This document shows, in pieces, positions 28,575-39,317 of a DNA stretch of 64,000 bases (position 1 is its first letter; the number at the start of each line of letters is the position of its first letter). This DNA comes from Tubiluchus corallicola (taxonomy: Eukaryota; Animalia; Priapulida): NCBI GenBank assembly GCA_030141605.1, contig JAQGDQ010000003.1:2294001-2358000 (forward strand), given 5' to 3'. The position numbers and the translations under genes are program-made. The notes beneath the pieces are model-generated. The model did not search any database and had not been told where the DNA came from. It was given only the letters and a program-made list of their open reading frames with translations.

Positions 28575-29940
28575 ACGGTACGTTTGGTGTTAGTAAGTTT
28601 GGTACAGGTAAGTTTGGTACCAGTAATTTTGGATTTTTGGTACAAGTAAATTTTGGTACCGAGAAAATTTGGTACAAGGAATTTTTAGTATGAGGTAATT
28701 TTGGTACTTGGAAAATTTGGTACAGAGAAAATATTGTACTGGTAAATATGGTACTAACGAAGTTTTGTCAGGCACTTTTGGTACAAAGAAAAATGGTACT
28801 GGAGAAGTATGGTAGTAGGAAAGTTTAGTACTGGTACTGGGAAAGTTTGGTACTAGGAAAATTCAATACAGAGAAAGTTTGGTAGAAGAAAAGTATGGTA
28901 CTACAAAAATATATTTTATATAAGCTACTCGAACAAGTTATAGAGGCTCATATTGTTGCATTTGTTTTTTGTTTGCTTCCTCTTTGTTTGATTGTCTATT
29001 ATTTGTCATTTGTCATTGTTGTTGTTGTTTGTCTGCTTCTTGCTCATTGTTTTGTTGTGATTACTACCACCACCATCACCATCATCATCATTATTGTTGA
29101 CATCATGTCACCATTGTTACTTTAATCTTTTTGTTGCTGTTGTTGCTGCTGCTGTTGTCGTTGTTAGTCTTGTTGTATGTTAGCTCCTTCTTGCTGCTTT
29201 GTTGTCTTCATCATCATTGTTGTCATTGTTACATTTGTTTTGTTGCTATGGCTATTGTTATTGTTGTCGTTATTGCTGCTCACAACAGTGATGACGATGA
29301 CAATTATGATGATGATGATGATACGCCATCTCAGCCACTGCCACTGCTGCCAACAGCAGCATTATGCCAACATTACAGTCACCACTGCCAGCAGTAGTAG
29401 GTGCATCAAGAGGCACAGTTCTCACTCAATAGTATGGGCCTCGCAGGAAACCAAACAATGCTTATGCAGGACGTTTTTTCCAGTGATATCATCAGCCATT
29501 ACTGCCCTGTTCTTATATCAGTCTGATAATTTTTGAAAAAAAAAACACAGAGCAAGTGATCATTTTTTCCGAAAAACAAATTGACCAAGCTTTTCGAAAA
29601 TTAAAATGATGAGTTGGAGAGCTTTCATTTTTTGCTAAAAGTATTCTCAAATGTACCTACGTGGGTAGTATACTTACTATTTTCCTAGTACCAAAGCTTC
29701 CACATACAATATTTCTTTGTACTAAACAACCTTGGTACCATATTTCCTCATACCACATTTACCTAGTACCAAAAATTCCTTGTACCTAAAGATGATAGAA
29801 CCAAATTTGGCTGTACCAAAATTACCGCATACCAAAAATTCGTAGCACCAATTTTTCCTGGTACCAAAATATCCTTGTACCAAAATTACCTGTACCAAAC
29901 TTACCTGTACTAAACTTACTTGTACCAAACCTTCATACAT
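28575..29940. mobile_element. Foldback-like element with inverted arrays of TTTGGTAC repeats and an internal (TTG/CAT/GAT)n low-complexity core
   Basis: The left arm (28577-28905) is an array of AA(G/T)TTTGGTAC units. The right arm (29685-29932) is an array of GTACCAAA units, the reverse complement. The interior is trinucleotide microsatellite that produces spurious ORFs. Confidence 0.75.
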
Positions 29941-30527
29941 TCCTTTAATTCTCCAAATAAGTTGAAGTGTTAACAAATGCCAAATGGGACTTTTGATTTG
30001 TACTTTCTACTCAGGATTCTGCGGAAAAACAGGAAATCGCCCATACTTTTCATTACATTACTTTTTACGGGTTTCTAAATTCATAGCTTGTGCAAAATTC
30101 TTGAAACTGTGACAAATCCTAATAAAAATATAGAGTGAACTTACCTAGACTAGGTGAAGACAAACATCAATCATCAGCTATTGATAAAGTGTCATATGTG
30201 TGCACCCTATCAGTACCTAAAACATAAACCACATCAATCATTTTTGCACTAGGTAGTAAGTACCAATTAATATTATTTCTGCCTTAACAACTCAATCCAT
30301 AATACTAATTTTAAATCGGCTGATCCTTAATTATCTGTACAGACTGTACTGAAACATTACTTAAGTAAATATTACCTACAATTGCAGGTTGGATCTACAC
30401 AGTATGAGATGTATGTAAGATATGATAGATTCAATAGCCGAGTAGTTACGATAAATCTGATAATATTAATGAAAATACATTTATCGTTAAATTTAAAATT
30501 TTGACTTACAGAACAGAATTAAATAAA

Positions 30528-33500
30528 ATGCAGCCCACATTGACAATTGGACTTCTATTCCTGGGCCTCATTAGTGCAAGAGCACAGCATGTCTGTCCTG
30601 ACCCAGATAACATTTTACCATGTGTATGCAATATCCAGATAAGCGGGATAAATGTCTTCTGTCACAAAGTTAACTTGGAAGATGTGCAAAATGCTGTCAG
30701 TAAAATACCAGACACCCAGCCAATACTAACCCTGAGCATAACAGACAGTGATATACAGTCACTGCCAGAAAAAGCTCTAGGAAACAGAGACAGCATCAAC
30801 TTAAACACATTCCGGATGCATCACTGTGGCCTCTCTTCAATTTCTGATACTGCTTTTGAAAATGTGCCAAATCTGCAGCACGTAAACTTGGTGGATAACG
30901 AGCTGACAGAAATACCAATTCACCCGTGGTTGAATAAAAACTCTCCAGGATTACAGTCGCTCGATCTTTCAAAAAATAAGATTACAGAAGTATCACCAGG
31001 GATTTTTTTGGATTTCAACAGCACCATGACAGCTTATAACCTTCAAACACTAAGACTTTCCAACAATTTGCTAACTGAGCTGAAGGTGAGCTTACTGATT
31101 TATGCAATAAATTGATTATTAAGGTATTACTTTAACACCTTTAATAAGCCAGCTTGCAAGTATTCGATAACTGTAGTTAAATGTAAAATTTTTCTCTAGT
31201 ATCAGTGTTTTTGACAGCTGCAGCTCATATAATTTTTGTGTTTAACATTTTCTTGTACCTGTACACATATGCTTTAATATGTTAACGTTTTTCAAATAAG
31301 CAGGTAATTCAGTTCAAAAATATGTTAAGTACAGGCAATTTAACTTGTTCAATACAGTAACTCCAACAGACAATAATTTTATTTGATGTCAAGACTTTCT
31401 ACAGCACTTGAAGACCATGCACTTATATATTTACAGAAAGATGCCTTTCTTGGATTAGACAAGTTGCAAACATTGGAACTATGGTTGAACCAAATCACCA
31501 GTATAGACAGCGAAACCTGGACGACCGATTTAAGTTCTTTATCTGCATTGTACTTAGATGGAAATCTGCTAAGCAAGGTAAATAGAAATAAGCAAATGAG
31601 TGAATCCTCAGTTCAAAATATCAAACCTTTATTCAAAGAATTATATTTAGCATAAAAGACTAAAATTGCAGGCAAATCCAATGGGTTCATTTTTTTCATA
31701 GTGACCATACAGCTTCCCTCACTTTCTTGCACAACTTCTCTGCAAGCTCAAAGGCTTCTCAAAAACAAAGTGTCTACATCTAAAAGTATATTGTGCTATT
31801 AATTACCTTCACCTTAAAAAAACAATTACATGTATGAAATTATTTCAGGTGGAAAAAGCAGTCTTCTCAGACAAGCTCTCATTAACGCATCTGCACCTTA
31901 GTGGAAACAAAATTACAGAACTTGAAGCACAAGCTATACCAAATGATGTGACAAACCTAAATCTCAGAAACAATGAAATACAGTCCCTTCCAAGAAACTG
32001 CTTTTTTAGAAACAATGGACTGAGAAATCTTGACTTCAGCAGCAACAAACTTGAAGTTTTAACGAAAGAAATTTTCAATGTTTCGCGCCTGAGCTTAATC
32101 CCACCACTGAAAACATCTAATTTTTACTTGCATAATAATCTGATTAATAGCATAGGGGATGACACATTTGAAAACATGCCTTTCTTATGGATCCTACATC
32201 TTCAATTCAACAACTTGAGTCGCATTACGGAAAATATGTTCAGACATGCACAAACAATAGGTGACCTTCATCTGAGCAGTAACAATATTCAAAAAATAGA
32301 AGAAAATGCATTTGCAGAACAGCAATGGATGAAAAATTTGTTCCTCGGACATAATCGACTTAACAAAATTTCGAATGCATCTTTTAATGGCTTACGAGAC
32401 GTGCAATTTCTTAATGTTGATCACAACTCGCTAGCGGATGTAGATGAAGTCTCACTAGGCAGCCTCATGCGTTTATTTGCTGTCAAGCTAAATGATAATA
32501 AATTGACCAAATTACCCGATAAACTGTTCGAAGCCTCTGATAGGGCTATAGAGTGGCTGTGGTTAGAGAACAATGAACTGGATGATAACTCTTGGCCAGC
32601 CATCCATTCACTAGAACGTGTACGCATGCTTAACTTAGAAAACAATAAATTCAGCAACATCCCAGAAGAAGCATTCAGAGAAACTGAAGTGCTCAATGAT
32701 TTGTATTTGGGTGGAAACAACATTACCTTTATAGGTGAACATGCTTTCTTAAGTCACAGGCATATTGACTTAAGACACAATGCTCTCCAGCTCATAAATG
32801 AGAATATCTTCGTAGATGGACATGTTCCAGAATTACTAGAGCTAGAAGGTAAGCATGATAAAAAATACTAACATTTATAATTCTTCTTTTGTAAGACAAA
32901 AGTTTCAGCTTTGTCTTTTTAAAAAGAAATTTCACATAGAGCACAATACCTTAAAGTTTTCCAATATTCAGGTAAATGTACTAGCACTACAATTATAATA
33001 ATGTGGTTTTCAACTTTATTTAAATGGACATGAAATGAGCTGTCCATAGTGGGTTCAATACTAACTTTTCAGAAAAAAAGTGTTAAGTGTAACTGTAGTA
33101 CAAAGTCAAAATATAACTACTGAAAGCTATAATTAAACTAGCTACATTTTCCTTGAGTTCACAAGTAACTCTGTCAAATCAGTAGCTGTAGCTCACTGTA
33201 TTTTTTGTAATTTACATAATCCTGGCATTAAGACAGCATACACAGCATTTGTAACAAATAAAAAATACAAGTCTAAATTTGACCTATGCTTTGACATTTC
33301 ACCTCCAAATTTAGGTCAACTGAAAAAGATCTCAAGGTGCATACATCCTGCTCTGGTTCAACAATAACGGAAAGATTTTTCAGGCCATACATATGTACTG
33401 CAGCCACATACCCCACAGATCTTTATCCATTAGCCTTTCAAATCCACATTTAAATGGTGAGAGAGAGATGACTTAACTTTATCATGGCCATCAACAAATT

Positions 33501-34570
33501 TTGAACCCATGTACTGGCATGTTCTGAGTTTTAAGTCTAGAGTTTAGACATGACCACTGCAAGCAATGCCAAAAATTATTATTAAATAAACATGGCTAAA
33601 ACATTACACCAACCTCATTCAGTCTGCAGGTGAAATTACAAGTACATATAATATTATGCATTTTAGGAAATCCATTACATTGTGACTGTAATATTAGATG
33701 GTTGACATCGGGTGAATGGGAGATTGAGGATGCAGTGTGTGCAACACCACAGGTCCATGCTGGAAGTTCATTAACAGATATAGAACCAGATGAACTACGC
33801 TGCATTGCTGCTAATGTGGAAATCAGTAACATTGAGCTTGGTGAAAACTTCATTCATCTGCACTGGGTGGTGGATGATGACAGGTAGGCTTCAAATACAT
33901 AATCACATGCATATAACTGCAAAGAAATCTAGCTGGCAAAAGTAAAACCAAGATTCATTAGAGACAGAATCAGTTCTAGCTGCAGGACTTTCCTACAAAT
34001 GTAGTGTTTATTCAGTTGCATATTTTAAAATCTTCAAAATATTGGAACTTTTTTATATAATAAAGTGCAAGCTGGGAGCAATGACTCATCAGGAGGGCCT
34101 ATTTAATGTAGAATCCTAGTGGCTGAAGCCTAGCTTCATTATCAAGGATTAACATTCTAACCGTACATAAAGTGACATCATTGATGATTAAGAAATCAAG
34201 CTCATTATGAACTGCATGCTCACGTTAAAGGTTACTGGCCAATAATGTAAAAAAAACAAAAAATCAAGGGTTTATTTTTAGGTTTGTCAAAAGCTATCAA
34301 GTACGGTACAAAGAATATACCAACGAAGAAGATATCCTGATACAAGGTATTGACAATCAAGACTACATGATCAAAGACTTGAAGAAGGCCACGCTGTACA
34401 CTTGTTGCGTTGGAGCATTAGTGGAAGCACTGCATGGTGACGAGATCTCGTCTGAAGTTTGTCTTCATGCAGTGACAAGAGACAAAGATTTGGAATGCAG
34501 CAGAAGTAGCATGTTGAGCTATCATTTCATGTCTACATTAATCTTATTAGCTATCATTCTATTCATATAA
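30528..34570 (+). CDS. Leucine-rich-repeat cell-surface protein (signal peptide, LRRNT, ~20 LRRs, LRRCT, FN3-like domain, hydrophobic C-terminus), 734 aa
   Basis: Exons 30528-31085, 31437-31577, 31849-32848, 33667-33883, 34282-34570, total 2205 nt in frame. Signal peptide MQPTLTIGLLFLGLISARA; LRRNT CPDPDNILPCVC; many LxxLxLxxNxI repeats; LRRCT GNPLHCDCNIRWL; FN3-like IHLHW...YQVRYK...LKKATLYTCCV; ends STLILLAIILFI*. Confidence 0.9.
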
Positions 34571-36804
34571 TTTTTTAGTTAAAACCTAAAAGACAATTTG
34601 AATGCAAAGCAAGATGCACAGTACACGAATAAGCAGTCCTGAATGTCTAAATATCGCATTGGCTCTACAGTATTTCTACCTATGCTCTGAGCTATGAGGC
34701 TAATGTGTGAGTGATCATTAAGCACAGAAATTTTAATGGTCTTTGAAATGAATTTGATGAATATCAAACGATCTTATAGGCCATTTGGTATTTCTTTGCT
34801 TTCAAACAAATTTGACTTTTAAATCATACAAAAGTAATCACCTAATGTTTATTTTCATTTCGTAATGCTAAACACAGAGAAAGGATAAAATGTTCAGTAA
34901 TACCTTGATTAACAACTCCATCTTTGTGACAACTGTCTTAATAGTGATGAAATTTTGTCACTGTTTTTTGCTCAAATGAAATTTCTTACTTTATTAAAGT
35001 GCTGAAAATGACAAAAGTTGTTGTTTTCATAACTACATGAATGATTGATAGTGTAAGTCTACAATAAATCAAACATAGTATAATGTTAGACAAATTGCTT
35101 AGCCTATTGTATAAACTAAGTAAGTCTACACATGCTTCCGTGAGCAAATTATTAACATCAGTCACTATACAGCTAAAATTTTATTACTACGTAAAGACTT
35201 GTGCACAGCGAATGTAAAGATGCCAATTTTTACAGCTGTATAAAAGTTGAATCAGCAATCGCCATTTTAATAAATTTGCATTTACTGTACTGAATGAACA
35301 CTATGGCATAAACCGTCTGAAAAGGAAACCCCCAGCTAACTTTAGCAACTAAAGAGCTATATGCACAATACTGGAAACGGAAAGGTGAGCAGAGACAGTA
35401 TTTTGCACCATCAGCACAGATTAAGTTGTTAAACCTAAGTTACACTATCAGACAAATAGTTCACAAAGACCACAGGATATAGGTAGGATGGCAGTCAAGG
35501 TCCTTGACTACAGTACAGGAATCAGTTCCTAAAGTTAATAATGAAGAATATGGCAGTGACAATCTGAAACACACAGTAATTAAAAGAATTATTGCACAGC
35601 TTTCCTGACGTATAACAGTGATTAATTATCTGTTTATTATTATTATTATTATTATTATTAACAGCTCTTGGAAATAAGAGAACTTGTAATTAGCTGCTTT
35701 TGGTATATATCAGAGCATGTTAGCAGTTCTTGTAGTCAGAACTTGTAGCAACTCTTAAATTCACAGCTTATTAACAGGTCTTGAAAGTGTCAAATTGTCA
35801 CTACGAATGCATTTTGCATCTGTGTTTTGCTCTCCATTCATATCTCTCGGCATGGATCACATGATTGTTAGAAACTTGGGAACATATTTTGCTATGTTGC
35901 ATTTTTTATGAAAATGAGAGAGGAATAGTTGTTTTCGGAGGGTGTTTCAAATGAGGAGTGTGTGAACTGGTTATTGTTTCAAAATACTGAATGTGGTAAG
36001 TTATTAAATGACACTATGAAGGGGAATGAGATTGGAATTACGAATTTGGTTTGAATTTATTTTTTTTTCATTTTGAGTTGAGTAGCAGTCTTTGACTGCT
36101 CACCTTGATACAAAAAGGTCTAAGCACTGAAATGAACTGAATGTTGCACAAAAACATAGTTCTTATGGCAAAGTAATTACGTGTTATTAATTAGTTTTAC
36201 TTTAATTTATTAACTAAGGCTAAATTTAATTATTAGTTCAGGCTGTTAGAGCTGAATTTGTAAAGTCAGTAATGTCAAGAAGAACTATAAAATTGCCTGA
36301 ATTTCTTTGCATATTGTGTATACACAGTCTTTTCACAACCAGTAAATAGTTTTAACTAGTATTATTTTAATTAGTATTAAAATATTAAATGTTTAACAAA
36401 AAACAATTATCCAGTAACAAAGTTTGATTTTATCGTCAAAACCTGTTGCAAGTTACGTGGCTTAAAGGAAAAACCAACACTCAAACAACATTCATTGTGT
36501 TTTATATATACATTTTAAAATATTCAAATTACTACACAATATGCATATACACATGTAAAATGCCATGCTTAAAAATGCAAAAGAAATTTAAAGCATTTTT
36601 AGCTCATACCAAACAAACCTTGTTGCGGGCGCTTGAAAAGAAAATGATGTAACCTGGTTTGACAGCACTTCCACAGTTCACTCAAAAGTTCCACTATTCT
36701 AGTTGATGTTTGTATTTAACCATGTTAATAGAAAAATCAATCACAAAACAATTAAAAACATTTTTAAAGTACTTATACAGTCCACAGAATGATACCTCAA
36801 AATG

Positions 36805-37140
36805 ATTCTAATTTTACTTGACCTTTGCTGATTTGCGGAAACAACTTCATAATACCTTCCAATGCTTCATCTTCAAGGCCCTTCTCTGTGATAGTTTTAA
36901 ACTTTGCTGGGTCCAAATAGGACTAATCTTTATACAACTGTTTGTATTGTTCAAATTGCGATTCTAGTGACCGGACAATGCGATCCATTATTAGGTTAAG
37001 CAAATTTACTCAAAAATCAGCCAGTGAGCAAAATTTCCTTCATCATTAACAAGCTCATATACCATTCTTTTTTCCTCTTTTTCTTAACAGGCAATGCTGT
37101 TTTCAAAGCATCAATTTCCAGCATTTGATTTCCAGATTTA
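36805..37140 (-). mobile_element. hAT-like transposase remnant (copy 1)
   Basis: Near-identical to 40272-40600 (shared TTTTACTTGACCTTTGCTGATTTG...GGGTCCAAATAGGACTAATCTTTATACAAC). The minus-strand translation LPVKKKRKK...LIMDRIVRSLESQFEQYKQLYKD*SYLDPAKFK resembles the region before the hAT dimerisation domain and contains a stop. Confidence 0.6.
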
Positions 37141-37279
37141 GGATTCACCACTGACGCTAGTCTCAACTTCTGCAGCCACCCAAGCGTTAGCAAGGCGAAG
37201 AAAGGCAATCAACTTCTCCAACTCATATCAAGTACAGTCACCTCAAGGTCACCTTATATCATCTCTTTACAAAAGTGTC

Positions 37280-37610
37280 ATAAGACCTCACTTCTAAAGA
37301 CTATGTAAATCAGGGATCCATACTTTAAGAAGGTCATTGACATCCTAGAAAAAGTGCAAGAGAGAACAGTGAACATGATCCAAGGGCTAGACAATCTATC
37401 ATATGCTGAGAAACTACAGTATTTTAGGCTCTGTCGACTCTCTTCTCGTAGATGACTTAGTAGATTGATTGGGATATTCAAGATTTTACATGGACACACC
37501 GGCATCAGTCATGAAACTTTCTTCACTTCATACTTGCAACAGAGGTCATTCGCTCAAACTTTACAATCACAGAGCCAACACTGAGTGATACAAGCACAGA
37601 TTATAAACTG
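37280..37610 (+). mobile_element. CR1-like LINE 3' fragment
   Basis: Translations IDILEKVQERTVNMIQGLDNLSYAEKLQ, IFKILHG and RGHSLKLY are typical of the CR1 ORF2 C-terminus; the frame is disrupted. Confidence 0.75.
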
Positions 37611-39140
37611 CTGAACTAGATTTACGGATCTACAAAATCGAATTCCCTATGAAAAGAAGTTATAAAAGGCTACAAACGATCTACGGTTTTAAAAATGCAT
37701 TAGGCAAACATTTGTGCAATAGATCTCCTTATTTGATGTATGATTGGAGGCAGAGTACATTTTTGTAAATATCTATACATGAATACTTTACTATTTATGT
37801 GCAGATGTGTCTTGTTACACGATCAATCTCACAATGTGCAAACCAATGTACAGCAAGGCAGTACACGGGAATGTCGAGCAAGTGAGAACGTCCCATGTAG
37901 TGTTTCAATCATTTGCATTTCGCGCCTCTGCGGGTAGATTGCAGTTTAGGTGGTTGTTTTTTAAGGCACTCTCACATCGTCCAAATCAGAAATATCGCTG
38001 AAAGCAGGACTACAACAGAAAGATGCATCCCTTATTTGCAGACTGATGTAAAGAAAAGTTGAAAAATACCTCTTATTTTAAAAAAATAATTTTTAAAACT
38101 TACTGTTTGCGTTGCGAGAATGGACTAAGATTGAGCGATTTCACTCAAAGTATTTTCTTTTGGTAGTTAGCAGATAACAATATTTTTATCTACTACTGTG
38201 CGCCACAGCCTTCACAAAATAGCAACACTTCAGAAAAAAGAACCAAAGTGTAAACTTACTGAAAAGTTAAAAAAGGTCGTTCAAATTTTCTCAACATGCA
38301 CCATTTTGCAGCGTCTGTGTGTACCAGTGAGTGGTGTACTCTACAGGTGTTGTTTTGTAACTTTTGTTTCTCTTTCGAAACATGGCGCAGTGTTGTGGTT
38401 TATACAATAAAATAATTAATATTGGAACATACGATAATTTGAGGCTTTATATCGTACAAAAAAAGGTGACTGTATGAAGATTGTTAAGCCCGTCAGTTAG
38501 TTAGTAAACTAGTTTTGGCGAGTTTGCGGTATAGCAGGTTGGGTTGGACAGCTTGGCATTTTTGGCGGCTTGGCACTCTTGGGGGCTTGCCAATCTTGGC
38601 AGCTTGGTGATAAGGTAAGGTGGGAGCTGGAGGGAGGTTTGGAGTGGGAAGGAGGTAGAATGTCGGTAGTGGGACTGACATATGAAGGTAGCAGGATGCG
38701 AGGAGAACCACAAACTGCAAGTACGCTTCTTCTGCAACTCAAGAGCTATGGGTAAGAGAAAGTGTAAGACATACCATACACATAAGTAAACTAGCGTCGC
38801 CTTTAGTAGGTCTAACGTAAATAAATGCGTAGCCTACATTAGATTATATTCCTCAGTAAAGGTATTTTTTAGTCTTAACAAACTTACTTAAGTAATAAAT
38901 TAAAACTGAATTGAATTACTGTTGGAAATATTATACCTTATATACGCAAAACATTCACTGTTTGTACAATGAGCTTGCGTGACACCGCACATTGCACTGA
39001 AACTTTTCGTTTTGATAGTTCTTTCAACTTCAATATGCGAGATCTTAGACGCTTCTTAGAAATGCGAAAAATGAAGAGATACCCTGTTGCGTAAAATACG
39101 CATATAAGTACATGTTTTATTTGGTTACTCAATACTCACC

Positions 39141-39317
39141 GTTCGAGTTATTCAACAATATTCCGTCCACAAGAATTGGTGTACTATGACGTTTCCTCAA
39201 AACGGAGGGAAAAGGTTATGGCAACGATTAAGAGGTTTGTAGTAATTCGTTTCTTTTGATGTGCACCGCGCTTCTTTTCTTATCGACCTGCGCCCACTCG
39301 GGGGTCAAACCAAGGCC
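39141..39317. promoter_or_regulatory. Putative bidirectional promoter (MBTPS2 leader on minus, MGLL on plus)
   Basis: A locally CpG-rich segment lies between a minus-strand donor (GTGAGT at 39139) and a plus-strand Kozak ATG plus donor (GCCATGG/GTGAGC, 39318-39322). It contains TGACGT (~39187) and an RFX-like half site ATGGCAAC (~39218). Confidence 0.6.

Larger units (their letters stand above)
26114..39200 (-). other. Putative multi-exon 5' UTR of MBTPS2
   Basis: The ATG-containing exon starts at 26192 after the acceptor TTTTGTCTGTTTTCAG, so upstream exons are needed. Minus-strand candidates: 27804-27723 (TACAG/GTATTT), 30216-30145 (TTTTAG/GTAAGT), 39083-38937 (CAACAG/GTATAA), and a first exon ending at 39140 (GTGAGT) in the CpG-rich promoter region. 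Confidence 0.55.

Noticed and set aside
28895-29536. Poly-Leu/Val/His/Asp ORFs resembling membrane or metal-binding peptides
   Set aside because: They are translations of (TTG)n, (CAT)n and (GAT)n microsatellites within the foldback element.
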